A stretch of DNA of 58,688 nucleotides from IMG/VR virus record IMGVR_UViG_3300020125_000336, positions 1-58,688 of that record; one strand, 5' to 3'. The stretch's first letter is position 1, and every line of letters starts with the position of its first letter. This stretch comes from a virus (Duplodnaviria; Caudoviricetes). A program made the translations under genes and the position numbers. Positions 1-8,933 of the stretch are shown here, in pieces. The notes under the pieces are model-generated. The model was not told the DNA's origin. It saw only the letters and a program-made list of their open reading frames with translations, and made no database searches.

Positions 1-127
1 CAGAAAATCCTTTGGTCACTGAACGCTCCAGTATCAGGTGTCCGATTTGGCCCAACAGCGAAAATATCCGGTCTGCGGCATCTTCAACCATTTCATGGGC
101 GTGTTGGTGTTTGAGTGCCACAATCCG
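1..127. repeat. Terminal direct repeat, copy 1 (circular assembly overlap)
   Basis: Bases 1-127 are identical to 58562-58688, and an ORF reads continuously across the join. Confidence 0.95.
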
Positions 128-244
128 TGGCGGGGAAATCAACTCTGTTACCGAGTAATCGCAGTCGCCTTTGTTGTATGGATCGTTTGAGACAGCATCC
201 ACCAACGGCTGCGGCAGATGGCTTGGGTTTGTGATTTTTGGCAC
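1..244 (-). CDS. 5' part of a PD-(D/E)XK (Cas4-like) phage exonuclease spanning the circular join
   Basis: GTG at 244 gives MPKITNPSHLPQPLVDAVSNDPYNKGDCDYSVTELISPPRIVALK, in frame with ORF 57813..58682. The joined protein is 330 aa. Confidence 0.8.
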   Translation of the reverse strand, partial: MPKITNPSHLPQPLVDAVSNDPYNKGDCDYSVTELISPPRIVALKHQHAHEMVEDAADRIFSLLGQIGHLILERSVTKGFS

Positions 245-253
245 AGCTGCATT

Positions 254-697
254 TTAAGTTGGATATTCTCCAAAAGCAACGCTTTTACAACGTGCTCTTA
301 ATTTTTCATAGCTCCTCGAAGTTCCGGTAGTTTTGGCGTGGTCAGAGGGCGTCATCACTTGCAAATTACTGCGCCGGTTGTCGTCCTTAATTCCGTTTAT
401 GTGGTGAACATGCTCACTGCTTTCCAGCTTCCGGCCTAAAACCTTTTCCATCACGTGCCGGTGCTCTCGCACACCCTTGCCGTTCACCCGAATAATCCGG
501 TAACCATAGAAGTCTAGATAACCGCGCCACGGCCTGCCTTTATTCCGACGCCTTGGGATGCCGTACTTAACCAGCCAAGCGCAAACAGTGCCGACGCTCG
601 CATCGCAATAGGCGGCGATTTGAGCCGGTGTCCAGCGCCTACGCAGGTACAGCCTGCGAATCACGGCTTCGCCTGGGGACTTTGTTGGATAACTCAT
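254..697 (-). CDS. HNH endonuclease with N-terminal HTH
   Basis: EHRHVME...VHHINGIKDDNRRSNL HNH motif; N-terminal TPAQIAAYCDASVGTV HTH-like segment. Confidence 0.9.
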   Translation of the reverse strand: MSYPTKSPGEAVIRRLYLRRRWTPAQIAAYCDASVGTVCAWLVKYGIPRRRNKGRPWRGYLDFYGYRIIRVNGKGVREHRHVMEKVLGRKLESSEHVHHINGIKDDNRRSNLQVMTPSDHAKTTGTSRSYEKLRARCKSVAFGEYPT

Positions 698-845
698 AAG
701 CTTCTCTCACGGTGTTGTACGCCTCGGCTCGTTTCTGCATGCGGATCAAGGTCTGCGGCACCTTCACCGGCCCTTTTTCAATGTACTCGAACCATGCCAT
801 TAGGATTTTATCCCTGTTCTTTTTTGGTCTGTCTTTCATATTCAT
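639..845 (-). CDS. hypothetical protein
   Basis: ATGA-coupled to the 842..1144 gene in a minus-strand operon. Confidence 0.55.
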   Translation of the reverse strand: MNMKDRPKKNRDKILMAWFEYIEKGPVKVPQTLIRMQKRAEAYNTVREAYELSNKVPRRSRDSQAVPA

Positions 846-1144
846 AATGATTCCTTCACCCTCTTGACCATCTCGTTGTGCATGGCCTCAGCCTGCTCCA
901 CGGTGCCGGAACAACGGTCCTGATCACCATCCAACGGCCCCTTGCCGAACACCATGGTTTCCCAAAGGATGGGAGGGTCTTTAGGATTGTGTGAATGATC
1001 TACGCCCAGGAACACCGTGGACACCTCATAAGGCCCGATCTTCTTCCTGACGTGCCATCTGGCGTGCCAGGACGCCTGCCACTTGTCCCAGTCCGGCTCA
1101 GGCACTGGCACCCCGTCTTTAAGGACGTAGTTGATGAGTCTCAT
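842..1144 (-). CDS. conserved phage hypothetical protein
   Basis: VSTVFLGVDH...PILWETMVFG motif recalled from phage hypothetical proteins; coupled start and stop codons. Confidence 0.75.
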   Translation of the reverse strand: MRLINYVLKDGVPVPEPDWDKWQASWHARWHVRKKIGPYEVSTVFLGVDHSHNPKDPPILWETMVFGKGPLDGDQDRCSGTVEQAEAMHNEMVKRVKESL

Positions 1145-1552
1145 AGGCTATTAGACTGACTGCTGCCCACCGAAGGCAAAAGCCTCAGAACCTCATACCC
1201 CCCTACCCCCCTCTCTCCGATTCCGAGAGAGGCGGTACAACAGGGGGGAACCCCACGCGAAGTATTTATGAGTCGCCCCCGGCGTTCTGCCTCTGGCATT
1301 AACCTAGCGTTACTCGCAGGCGACATTGAACAAGCGGTTGGTTTTGCACAGTCCGTACCGCATACAACTGCCACAAAAAACAAATCCCCGAGCGTTTTAC
1401 TGCTCAGGGATTTTCGCGGTGCTCCCGCAAAGGACACCAGCGGTGTCGGACGCACGATCCTGAAAAGATCGGCATCCAAATTCTTCGCTCATGCTTTTGC
1501 GGGAGCATGGCGCGATTAAAAACCTGTGGCGCATCGGGGTCAACATCATTTT

Positions 1553-1765
1553 TTAACTTTCTTCAACAGCCTCCGCCTGACAGGCCGGACACAGCTTGGG
1601 TTTGCAGTCGGGGCAGAACCATTTTTCCTTGCGGTAAATCCATCCCTGCTTGATGGCCAGCATCTCAGAATTGCGCTCGGCAGCCGTTACGGTAGGGGAC
1701 AGCGCACCGCAAACCACTTGGTTGCGGCACAAGTCGCACATGATGTTGCATTCGTAACTGATCAT
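1553..1765 (-). CDS. small Cys-rich (zinc-binding) protein
   Basis: Three CxxC pairs; ATGA overlap with the upstream peptide ORF. Confidence 0.7.
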   Translation of the reverse strand: MISYECNIMCDLCRNQVVCGALSPTVTAAERNSEMLAIKQGWIYRKEKWFCPDCKPKLCPACQAEAVEES

Positions 1766-1857
1766 AAAAGCAGCCAGATAAACAGGGCCAGGGCACCCAA
1801 CGCCAGGAGGGCGTCACAGATGGTGATGGTTCGGTCCATCTTCTTTGTGTCAGGCAT
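1762..1857 (-). CDS. 31-aa hydrophobic membrane peptide
   Basis: Hand-translated MPDTKKMDRTITICDALLALGALALFIWLLL; its stop overlaps the ATG at 1765. Confidence 0.55.
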   Translation of the reverse strand: MPDTKKMDRTITICDALLALGALALFIWLLL

Positions 1858-1859
1858 CT

Positions 1860-1952
1860 TCAAAGGCCAATCTTTCTCCAAAGCCAGTGTACCAGTTCGC
1901 AGCATAGCCAGCCGATAAAGAACGAAATCAGGGCTATTTCTTGTGCGCTCAC
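1860..1952 (-). CDS. 30-aa membrane peptide (paralog of 57176..57268)
   Basis: Hand-translated MSAQEIALISFFIGWLCCELVHWLWRKIGL; GTGA overlap with the upstream stop; clear paralog elsewhere in the genome. Confidence 0.7.
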   Translation of the reverse strand: MSAQEIALISFFIGWLCCELVHWLWRKIGL

Positions 1953-2203
1953 GGTCTGGTCCTCGACGTGCCGTCCTCTCGTCCCACCCGGGACACGTCC
2001 TCGATCAGGATGAAGGAGTCCCCGCAAAAGTAGCTGATTCTGCCCATTCGGTTGGCCTTGACGTTGGTTACCTTCCCTGCCCGGGGCTCAATGTCAGTCC
2101 AATTGCGCCACGAGATGGGGTCGCCGACATGGAAATAGCAGTGCTTCCAATGCCAGACCCCATCGGTGGGCGGATTGACCTTTTCAGGAATCGTCACGCT
2201 CAT
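1949..2203 (-). CDS. hypothetical protein
   Basis: Start and stop overlaps on both sides. Confidence 0.6.
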   Translation of the reverse strand: MSVTIPEKVNPPTDGVWHWKHCYFHVGDPISWRNWTDIEPRAGKVTNVKANRMGRISYFCGDSFILIEDVSRVGREDGTSRTRP

Positions 2204-2451
2204 AGCACCGGAAGAGGAACCTGATCGGCTTTGCTTTCATCGAAGCGATCAATCCACTTCTCCACCCACTTGGGCGGCGATCCCTCGTAGTGCTTGTCGG
2301 TTTTAGTGCAGTCGAACTCGATTTCCTCCCCGCACACGTCAGGGTTGCTGAAGCCTTGCCGCTTTAAGGCGCGAGCGATGGCGCAGCTGCTGGCGTTCTC
2401 ACGCACGCCGTAATCAATGTCTCTCTGTGTCACTTCTATCTGTATTTTCAT
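2200..2451 (-). CDS. hypothetical protein, KIxVTxxDI/SCxIAxA paralog family
   Basis: MKIQIEVTQRDIDYG...SCAIARAL matches the three tandem genes at 7190-8056; start moved to ATG 2451. Confidence 0.8.
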   Translation of the reverse strand: MKIQIEVTQRDIDYGVRENASSCAIARALKRQGFSNPDVCGEEIEFDCTKTDKHYEGSPPKWVEKWIDRFDESKADQVPLPVL

Positions 2452-2534
2452 GTTTTTCCTTTGGTTGTGGGGCGCAGGCAGGCTATGGCTGTTCGGAGTC
2501 ATTCCGGCGTCAATCTTCCATAGCCCACCCCGCC

Positions 2535-2696
2535 CTAAAGTGGGTTGACTCGATAAAGCCGAGCATTTTTATTTGTTTTGGTGCAGAAACTCTTAAACCA
2601 CAACGCCTTAGAGTTGCGCTTGTAGAGCCGCTTGCACTTGTTGCAGCGGTAAAGCCGCGCCGGGATGTTGTCCGGGCTTGTCACATTTTTCCTCAT
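2535..2696 (-). CDS. 53-aa basic CxxC protein
   Basis: Hand-translated MRKNVTSPDNIPARLYRCNKCKRLYKRNSKALWFKSFCTKTNKNARLYRVNPL; ATGA overlap with the upstream stop. Confidence 0.6.
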   Translation of the reverse strand: MRKNVTSPDNIPARLYRCNKCKRLYKRNSKALWFKSFCTKTNKNARLYRVNPL

Positions 2697-3946
2697 AACG
2701 CGTCTCCTTTGCTCTTCAGCATGTCAGCCAGGAGATCCAGGGCCTTGCGAAACTCCAGATCTGCTTTGCTGGGCATGCGGGTTTGGCCCTGGCGATCAAC
2801 CCAGCTTTTAGCCTCGAAATGAGCGATAAAGCCCCATAACCGCTGCCGGTCTGCCGCGCTCTGCTCGTCTGTCCCATGCCGGTTGGCGAAGAGGCTCCCA
2901 ATGGTGTCGGGGTTCTTCAGGTAGTCATCCCGCTTCATCCCCTTGCGGGGAATCGGCACAATGCATGTGAAAGGCCACTGCGTAAGGTCGTAGTCGCCTT
3001 CAGTCTGTGGAACATTTTGTTCCACGGGAGGATCTGTCACTGGCGGTGGTGGCGCATGGATTATCGGCTTTTCTGGCACTTTGCCCCCAATGGCGAAGTG
3101 CGTGATGTCAGAAATCAGCTTGGTCATCTCAACTCTGTTGATCGGAACAAACCTAAGTGGCACATCATCAATGGTTTCCGTTGGAAGTATGGCCCCAATT
3201 TCGATGAAATACTGCAAAGCCTCTTGCATGCAGGGCTCCAAATTCTGCGCCATCCAGGCCCGAGTTGCGTCTGTCGCTATGGTAGGTTTCGCTGGGATGG
3301 GCCTGGGAGCGACTTTCGGAGCGATTGGCTGTCTCGATGGGGCCTGGGGCCTTGGGATGGCTCCTGGGGGCTTTTCCGGCGTTCCTGGCATTTCCTCTGC
3401 CGGGGTTGGTTCATACCCTGCCAACGTCATCACGAAGCCCAAGGGCATCCGTAGGGCCTTGGCCGTGGCCCGGGTCTGGGCCATGCTCCGAACGGCGTAG
3501 GCGTCCCGGTCCTGCCAATTTTTCTCAATCTTGAGACATTCAGCCTCGGCGGCTCCCACAATGGCCCCGTCCCTGGTCCGGGCCTCGACTCTGGCCTCCC
3601 AGCCTCCCGGGATCTCCCGGGTCCAGACCAAAACCGGGAAGACTCCCAGCATGGTCCCCAGCAGGGTCCAGGCTTCACAGCGTGGATACTCACGGCCCTG
3701 GATGTTGCTGATCAGGCCCTGAGTCTTGATCACGGCCTTGAGCGCCGTAGCGACTTGGGTCGCCTTCTCAATCACCTCCACCGGCCCAACGGCACCGAAC
3801 AGTCCCACGGGCATGATCCTGACACGTTGACCTTCGGGCACCAGGGCTTGCGGTAGTAGCTGCGCCTCTCCTGCCACGTCCCCGGAATCGTCCAGCGGCT
3901 CAAGATCGGGGTCAGGATCGAAGTTTTGGTGTTCGTGCTCGCTCAT
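2693..3946 (-). CDS. putative ssDNA-annealing/recombination protein (Rad52/RecT-like superfamily)
   Basis: YAVRSMAQTRATAKALR helix resembles the conserved annealase helix; followed by a Pro-rich linker and C-terminal domain; same strand as the exonuclease. Confidence 0.55.
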   Translation of the reverse strand: MSEHEHQNFDPDPDLEPLDDSGDVAGEAQLLPQALVPEGQRVRIMPVGLFGAVGPVEVIEKATQVATALKAVIKTQGLISNIQGREYPRCEAWTLLGTMLGVFPVLVWTREIPGGWEARVEARTRDGAIVGAAEAECLKIEKNWQDRDAYAVRSMAQTRATAKALRMPLGFVMTLAGYEPTPAEEMPGTPEKPPGAIPRPQAPSRQPIAPKVAPRPIPAKPTIATDATRAWMAQNLEPCMQEALQYFIEIGAILPTETIDDVPLRFVPINRVEMTKLISDITHFAIGGKVPEKPIIHAPPPPVTDPPVEQNVPQTEGDYDLTQWPFTCIVPIPRKGMKRDDYLKNPDTIGSLFANRHGTDEQSAADRQRLWGFIAHFEAKSWVDRQGQTRMPSKADLEFRKALDLLADMLKSKGDAL

Positions 3947-4004
3947 CGTCTCTCCTCCAAAATACGCAGTGCTTCCCCACCTTGGATCGCCTCCAGGGCT
4001 CTTT

Positions 4005-4304
4005 TCATAGTTTCATTTCCTTCACTTTGTTGGCCCAGGCTTCATCCGTCGGCGCGTCAAGGAAGCCCAGCTTGTAGAATAGGTTTAACTGGAAGTCACG
4101 CGCACCCCGGCAAACTTCGGGCTTGGCCGAAAGTCTCTTTTTGCGAGGCACCAGCGCCTTCGGCCCAGTCGAATGGCAGATGGGTGACGCCTCATTCACG
4201 GCCCGGGACATCAGCAACTGGCGCACCTCCACCCATCCCGTCTCACGGAATGGGCAAGTGGCGCAATTGGTTTTTCTGACTTTGAAGATTTTCACTTTCT
4301 CCAA
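4005..4304 (-). CDS. Cys-rich hypothetical protein
   Basis: CATCPFR...ICH...CRG metal-binding pattern; start codon uncertain. Confidence 0.7.
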   Translation of the reverse strand: MEKVKIFKVRKTNCATCPFRETGWVEVRQLLMSRAVNEASPICHSTGPKALVPRKKRLSAKPEVCRGARDFQLNLFYKLGFLDAPTDEAWANKVKEMKL

Positions 4305-4309
4305 CTCTC

Positions 4310-4549
4310 CTAATTGTTGTTATCACTGTCAAGGATGGGTTTTAACTTTTCCACGGCCCCGGTGTCGCCTGCAATCTCGTCAGCTACTTTCCGCAGTACT
4401 CCAGCCACAACTTGAGCGTAGCGCGGGGGAACCTGAACGCTAAAGCCGCTGCCTTGGTCTCCATCCAAAACGATCACGATGGCTCCCTCGGCTCCGGTTG
4501 CGTTTCTGACGTAGGTGCAGACCGGATCGTATTTCCCGGGTCCGATCAT
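4310..4549 (-). CDS. hypothetical protein
   Basis: Coupled ORF within the operon. Confidence 0.7.
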   Translation of the reverse strand: MIGPGKYDPVCTYVRNATGAEGAIVIVLDGDQGSGFSVQVPPRYAQVVAGVLRKVADEIAGDTGAVEKLKPILDSDNNN

Positions 4550-4740
4550 AATTTGCAGCCCTCCCCCTGGCAGTAGGTTTCGTCACATTGCGAGCATTGC
4601 AAGTGCGGATGACCGTTCACGAAATAAACCAGCCAAGTCTCGCTCTTGCACTCGGGGCAGACGGCAAGCTTGGCCTTAACCTCGCTATGGTCAGCGCGGG
4701 ATACGACTTTGATTTCTTTGCCCACCAGTCCATCGCTCAT
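4546..4740 (-). CDS. zinc-ribbon protein
   Basis: CPEC...CSQC; ATGA overlaps on both sides. Confidence 0.7.
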   Translation of the reverse strand: MSDGLVGKEIKVVSRADHSEVKAKLAVCPECKSETWLVYFVNGHPHLQCSQCDETYCQGEGCKL

Positions 4741-5093
4741 TGACCCTCCGTGGGTGGCGCGACCTTCGGCGCGGCATGGGTGATCAGCTTCGGTAGTCGC
4801 TCGCTGGCGTTTTCCTTAAGCTTCGGCAAGACCTGTGTTATCACTTGGTTCACCAGCTTGCCTGAGCCGTCCCGCCACTCAGAGCGGTACGTGTGATGTT
4901 TCTCGTAACCCTCCAGCCTTTTGGACTTGGCCAGGATGTAAGTCACTGATTGATCCTTGAGTCCGGTGCTGTTGGCGATCCGTCTATTGGTCTGGCACAG
5001 TTGCGCCAGGGCGACGGCTTCAATCTCCTGCTCGGACGTTAACAGCCAACGGTGATGAACCACCTTGGCTCCGCCTGCTTTTTTTTGTTTCAT
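4737..5093 (-). CDS. hypothetical protein, possible HTH
   Basis: TNRRIANSTGLKDQSVTYIL is an HTH-like segment. Confidence 0.65.
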   Translation of the reverse strand: MKQKKAGGAKVVHHRWLLTSEQEIEAVALAQLCQTNRRIANSTGLKDQSVTYILAKSKRLEGYEKHHTYRSEWRDGSGKLVNQVITQVLPKLKENASERLPKLITHAAPKVAPPTEGQ

Positions 5094-5140
5094 TTATTCC
5101 TCTTCTCCTAAGTGTTCAGCGAACTTCGGGCTGGTGGTGT

Positions 5141-5809
5141 TCATATGCGGCTGTGTTTACGGGCGATGCGGTAAGCGGTTTTGTGCATTTCAAGATTGTG
5201 TCCACAGTGAGGGCAGAACAACACAAACTCTGGTTCCGGTGCTGCTGCCGCTACTGGTGCCGGTGCTGGTTCAAAGTTGGAAGTCACAATCCCGTTGCGG
5301 GTGTTCGCGCTGTAGCCCAGGCGTCTGCGTTCAGCGACGGGGATATAGCGTTTCTTCATTCCATGCTCAGCGGATTTGTGCCGTCCCAATGAGCCTTTTG
5401 CGGCTCGCATATCCACGCCGTAGCCGATGAAGCTACAGCCGGAGACTTCGCACTTAAGCTGCACGTTGGCCGGATTTCTCCTGCCGTGGTGCCCCGTTGG
5501 CTTTTTCCTGCTCGGGTTGTAACCAATGTGTTGCTTCTCACCGCCAAAGTTTGGGGTGCGAACGTACTTGCCGTATGCCACGTTCTTAACCCATCTCCAG
5601 TAGATCCAGCGGCGTAACTGGCTTTCTGCTCCCCCTTTTGTGGTGCCGGTAACGGCTCGAATATCCACTGACGTAAACGGCTCGGGTAATCTCATGCCGT
5701 TTTCAGTCTGGTCTTTCCACAATTTCACCGCTGTTTCTGCTGTTGCTCGGTCGTTTGCTAACTGCGGGTTTTCGTTTGTTAACTGCACGTTTATTTCGTT
5801 TTCGTTCAT
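5141..5809 (-). CDS. putative DNA-binding protein (winged-helix-like plus zinc fingers)
   Basis: Start moved to ATG 5809 (ATGA overlap); C2H2-like CEVSGC...LGRHKSAEH and CPHCGH motifs. Confidence 0.7.
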   Translation of the reverse strand: MNENEINVQLTNENPQLANDRATAETAVKLWKDQTENGMRLPEPFTSVDIRAVTGTTKGGAESQLRRWIYWRWVKNVAYGKYVRTPNFGGEKQHIGYNPSRKKPTGHHGRRNPANVQLKCEVSGCSFIGYGVDMRAAKGSLGRHKSAEHGMKKRYIPVAERRRLGYSANTRNGIVTSNFEPAPAPVAAAAPEPEFVLFCPHCGHNLEMHKTAYRIARKHSRI

Positions 5810-6066
5810 TGTCTTTCCTTTGTTTTTGTTTTTGTTTCGGTCTCGATAAACCATTTTGCAGATTGACTGCGGAATGGGTGCTTTTGCCTTGTCGGCAGGG
5901 CTTTGCCGGTCTGCTCCAACTTCTCCCACGTGACCAGCTTGGCACCTATGAGCCGTCCCACCATAAGATAGTGGTTCATGCATAGGCCCCTGGATCGCGC
6001 TTCCCTTTTGCAGGCTGGATGCAAACAAGCCTTCACCGCCCGGGCGTTAGTGCGTTGTTTATCCAT
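5806..6066 (-). CDS. small zinc-finger protein, first gene of the leftward early operon
   Basis: CLHPAC...RGLCMNHY motif; TTGACA-17-TAACCT promoter just upstream. Confidence 0.75.
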   Translation of the reverse strand: MDKQRTNARAVKACLHPACKREARSRGLCMNHYLMVGRLIGAKLVTWEKLEQTGKALPTRQKHPFRSQSAKWFIETETKTKTKERQ

Positions 6067-6075
6067 ATATTCTCA

Positions 6076-6153
6076 AGGTTAAGAAAGGGTTTCGCCGTTG
6101 TCAACAATCAGTTTTATTTTTGTGTTGATTTCTTGAATCTAATCCTTTACAGT
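6076..6153. promoter_or_regulatory. divergent sigma70-type promoters
   Basis: Minus strand: TTGACA-17-TAACCT, 9 nt before ATG 6066. Plus strand: TTGATT(6125)-17-TACAGT(6148), 7 nt before ATG 6161. Confidence 0.7.
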
Positions 6154-6160
6154 TCCCGCC

Positions 6161-6526
6161 ATGAAAACTTACTTTGGATCGCGCACCGCCTCAGGGCGTG
6201 CGCTGGTGATTGTGAAGGGTGAGGACGGCAAGCCCTACAATCTCTCAATCAACCCGTCTGAACGGCTCTGGAGCCACTCCATTGAATTTGAATGGGGTTA
6301 CGGCGGCAGTGGACCAGCCCAGCTTGCGCTTGCCCTGCTGCTGGATTGCACCACGGACAAACAAATCGCCCTGGCCTTGCATCAGGGATTCAAGCGCGAC
6401 GTGGTTGCCACGTTGCCGGATAACGACTGGAAAATCACCACCGAGGAAATCAACAACTGGATCGCCGACCAGCAGAAGCGGCAAGTAACCGAGGACATTG
6501 GACATGACAAAATCCCAAAAGATTGA
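6161..6526 (+). CDS. DUF6166-like protein
   Basis: HS.EFEWGYGGSGPAQLALALL signature, recognised from memory. Confidence 0.8.
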   Translation: MKTYFGSRTASGRALVIVKGEDGKPYNLSINPSERLWSHSIEFEWGYGGSGPAQLALALLLDCTTDKQIALALHQGFKRDVVATLPDNDWKITTEEINNWIADQQKRQVTEDIGHDKIPKD

Positions 6527-6719
6527 GAAGCACGCTAAAGAGCAGCCGACCCGGGTTGAGTTCTCCCAGGACGGGGGCCGATCCTGGCGGGTCTGGTGCT
6601 TTGGCGACCGGAGCACCACCGTTTACCGGCGACTGATCAAGCTTTATCCCTCATGGGACTTCACCCTGATCACGCCTAAGGGACAATGGAGCACTTACGA
6701 AACCATCAACAGGAACTAA
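6498..6719 (+). CDS. hypothetical protein
   Basis: ORF in the rightward operon; start may be ATG 6504. Confidence 0.55.
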   Translation: MDMTKSQKIEKHAKEQPTRVEFSQDGGRSWRVWCFGDRSTTVYRRLIKLYPSWDFTLITPKGQWSTYETINRN

Positions 6720-6734
6720 AACGAAAGGAAAACA

Positions 6735-7184
6735 ATGAATGTAAAAATGCTAAATAAAGTTAAAGAGCAGATCCGGCAGGAGCCCAAGAGTTTTGATATG
6801 AACGACTGGCTCAGGCCGGGAGTCAACCGGGGCGGCACCGCATGCGGGACGGCGGCTTGTGTCGCTGGCTTTACCTGTGTAGTGGACTGGATGCAGAAGC
6901 ACCCGGACGAATGGAAGAACAAAAAGGAAATCACCCTTTCGGAAATTGTGCGGGGAACACTGCGCGGCAGCTATGATTGCGAAACCGAAGCAATCAATAT
7001 CCTGGGACTAACCCACGAACAAGCCAACCGCTTGTTTTATGTTGATGCGTGGCCGGAGCCTTTCCGGACTGATTACGGAGCGGCGCAAGAAGGGTGCCGC
7101 CAAAACCACTACCAGACCGACCATGAACGCAGGGCGCAAGTAAGCTGTGCGCGAATTGATCACTTCATCAAAACGGGATTATAA
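6735..7184 (+). CDS. conserved phage hypothetical protein (CGTxACxAG motif)
   Basis: FDMNDW...ACGTAACVAG...LGLTHEQANRLF. Confidence 0.8.
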   Translation: MNVKMLNKVKEQIRQEPKSFDMNDWLRPGVNRGGTACGTAACVAGFTCVVDWMQKHPDEWKNKKEITLSEIVRGTLRGSYDCETEAINILGLTHEQANRLFYVDAWPEPFRTDYGAAQEGCRQNHYQTDHERRAQVSCARIDHFIKTGL

Positions 7185-7189
7185 GCCCT

Positions 7190-7531
7190 ATGAAAAAGCT
7201 GAAGAAATTAAAAATCGAAGTCACGCAGGATGACATCACCCACGGCAGAAAGGACGACGGGGCTTCTTGTCCCATTGCCCGGGCTTGCCGACGCTTGGGG
7301 TTTATTCCAAACGCCATGCCGGGGCACATGTCGCTTATGTGTAGTGAAACGCACGAGTACTGGCAGGCAGTGACACCATCGGTTGCATCGGTGTTTATGG
7401 GGAATTTCGATTCAGGCTTGCCGGTTCAACCATTCACCTTTGAGATCCAAGCCGTGAATCTGATCGATAGTCCAGACCTGTCAACGGAAGATGTTGAAGC
7501 AGCAACAAAGGAGGCGCAAAATGAAGATTAA
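7190..7531 (+). CDS. paralog family member 1 (KIEVTxxDI/SCPIARA)
   Basis: Shares motifs with both neighbours and with 2200..2451. Confidence 0.85.
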   Translation: MKKLKKLKIEVTQDDITHGRKDDGASCPIARACRRLGFIPNAMPGHMSLMCSETHEYWQAVTPSVASVFMGNFDSGLPVQPFTFEIQAVNLIDSPDLSTEDVEAATKEAQNED

Positions 7532-7796
7532 GATCCAAGTCACACGTGAGGACATCAAACACGGGGTCAGGAAAAGTTCCCGATCCTGCCCTATCGCCCG
7601 GGCCATTCAGCGAGAAGGCTGGATACCCGTAGCGGGAGCCGCCGTGGTTTCGGCTACTTGCGAAAAGACCGGCAAGTTTTACCAAGTGCCAACGCCTATA
7701 CAGCTAAGGGAGTTCATGCTGGTCTTTGACATGTATGGGAGCGGCTTTGTGCAGCCGTTCGACTACGAACTGGAAATGAAGGAGGGCGAACATTGA
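7521..7796 (+). CDS. paralog family member 2
   Basis: MKIKIQVTREDI...SCPIARAI...QPFDYELEM; start moved to 7521. Confidence 0.85.
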   Translation: MKIKIQVTREDIKHGVRKSSRSCPIARAIQREGWIPVAGAAVVSATCEKTGKFYQVPTPIQLREFMLVFDMYGSGFVQPFDYELEMKEGEH

Positions 7797-8056
7797 AAAT
7801 TAAAATCAAAGTCACCGAGAGTGACATTAAATGGAGCAAGCTCGGGGACGGGGAATCCTGCCCTATCGCCCAAGCCATAACCAGGGCCGGATACAAGCCA
7901 AGTGCGGGATACTTCACGATCTACGCCACCTGCGCCAAAACCGGCAAGGTCTATAGCACGAGGACGCCGACTGAACTGACCAAGTTCATGAGGCGGTACG
8001 ACCATTACGAAACCGTGGAACCATTCAACACAGAACTTAAAATGGAGAAGAAATAA
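7793..8056 (+). CDS. paralog family member 3
   Basis: KIKIKVTESDI...SCPIAQAI...EPFNTELKM; TTG start overlaps the upstream stop. Confidence 0.85.
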   Translation: MKIKIKVTESDIKWSKLGDGESCPIAQAITRAGYKPSAGYFTIYATCAKTGKVYSTRTPTELTKFMRRYDHYETVEPFNTELKMEKK

Positions 8057-8589
8057 TGAGCGACCCAAAAGAACTGACAGAAATCAAACAGGAACAACTG
8101 ATGACGATCCTGAAGCTTGTCGAGGAAGGCAAGGTCACGTTCGTTCACACCGAAAAGCCAGATCGGCCAGTCGTCAACAAAGAGGAGTTGAAGCGGCTTT
8201 TTTGGAACACCAGCCAGCGACGGGCCAGTGAAGATCCGGTCAGGATGATCCGCATCCGGTGCGACCGGACAGTCAACCAGTGGGCTCTATACGATGAGCG
8301 CGGCAAAAAGGCCATCTCGCACTTCACTTGCGGGGTGATCAAGGACGCTACGCTGTCATCGAAGGAGATCCCGGCTGCTGGTTGCGGTGGGGCCGATTAT
8401 ATCGGCATGGCCAGTGGGGACATGATTAGCCCACGCCAGCCCCTCACGGTGCCGACGGGACAGGTTCACCGGCTTGTCTTTGACCGTTACGCCGGTCACT
8501 TCATTGACTCAGTGACACAGAACGAAATAACCCGCGTGGACTACCTGATCCTGAAGGAGGGTTGTCACGCCGAATATATACGCGCATGA
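8056..8589 (+). CDS. hypothetical protein
   Basis: TAATG-coupled ORF, 177 aa. Confidence 0.75.
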   Translation: MSDPKELTEIKQEQLMTILKLVEEGKVTFVHTEKPDRPVVNKEELKRLFWNTSQRRASEDPVRMIRIRCDRTVNQWALYDERGKKAISHFTCGVIKDATLSSKEIPAAGCGGADYIGMASGDMISPRQPLTVPTGQVHRLVFDRYAGHFIDSVTQNEITRVDYLILKEGCHAEYIRA

Positions 8590-8933
8590 GCACACCAAAC
8601 AAACTGATTGCCCTGCCAGAGTCGTACGAAAAGGATGCCCGTAAACTGTCCACGGACGTTCTAGCCAGCATAGCCGAAAGAGTCGAAGCCAAATCAGGGG
8701 AGCTGCACAAGCACTTGCTTAACCTGCTCGACGATCCCGACCGGCAAGGCACGTTCTGCGCTGACCTGTTCGCCCTGGGGACAATGGTCACGGCGCAAGG
8801 CGGGGACATGCATGACGCGGTATTCTCCATCCTGCTGCAATTCTGCCGGTTTATCGTTGCTCGTAAGCACAAGCTGATCACGGACGATCCAAAGGCCGAA
8901 ATCGAAAGGACACTGCATGCAAAACGAAACTGA
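8586..8933 (+). CDS. hypothetical protein
   Basis: ATGA-coupled start at 8586. Confidence 0.7.
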   Translation: MSTPNKLIALPESYEKDARKLSTDVLASIAERVEAKSGELHKHLLNLLDDPDRQGTFCADLFALGTMVTAQGGDMHDAVFSILLQFCRFIVARKHKLITDDPKAEIERTLHAKRN

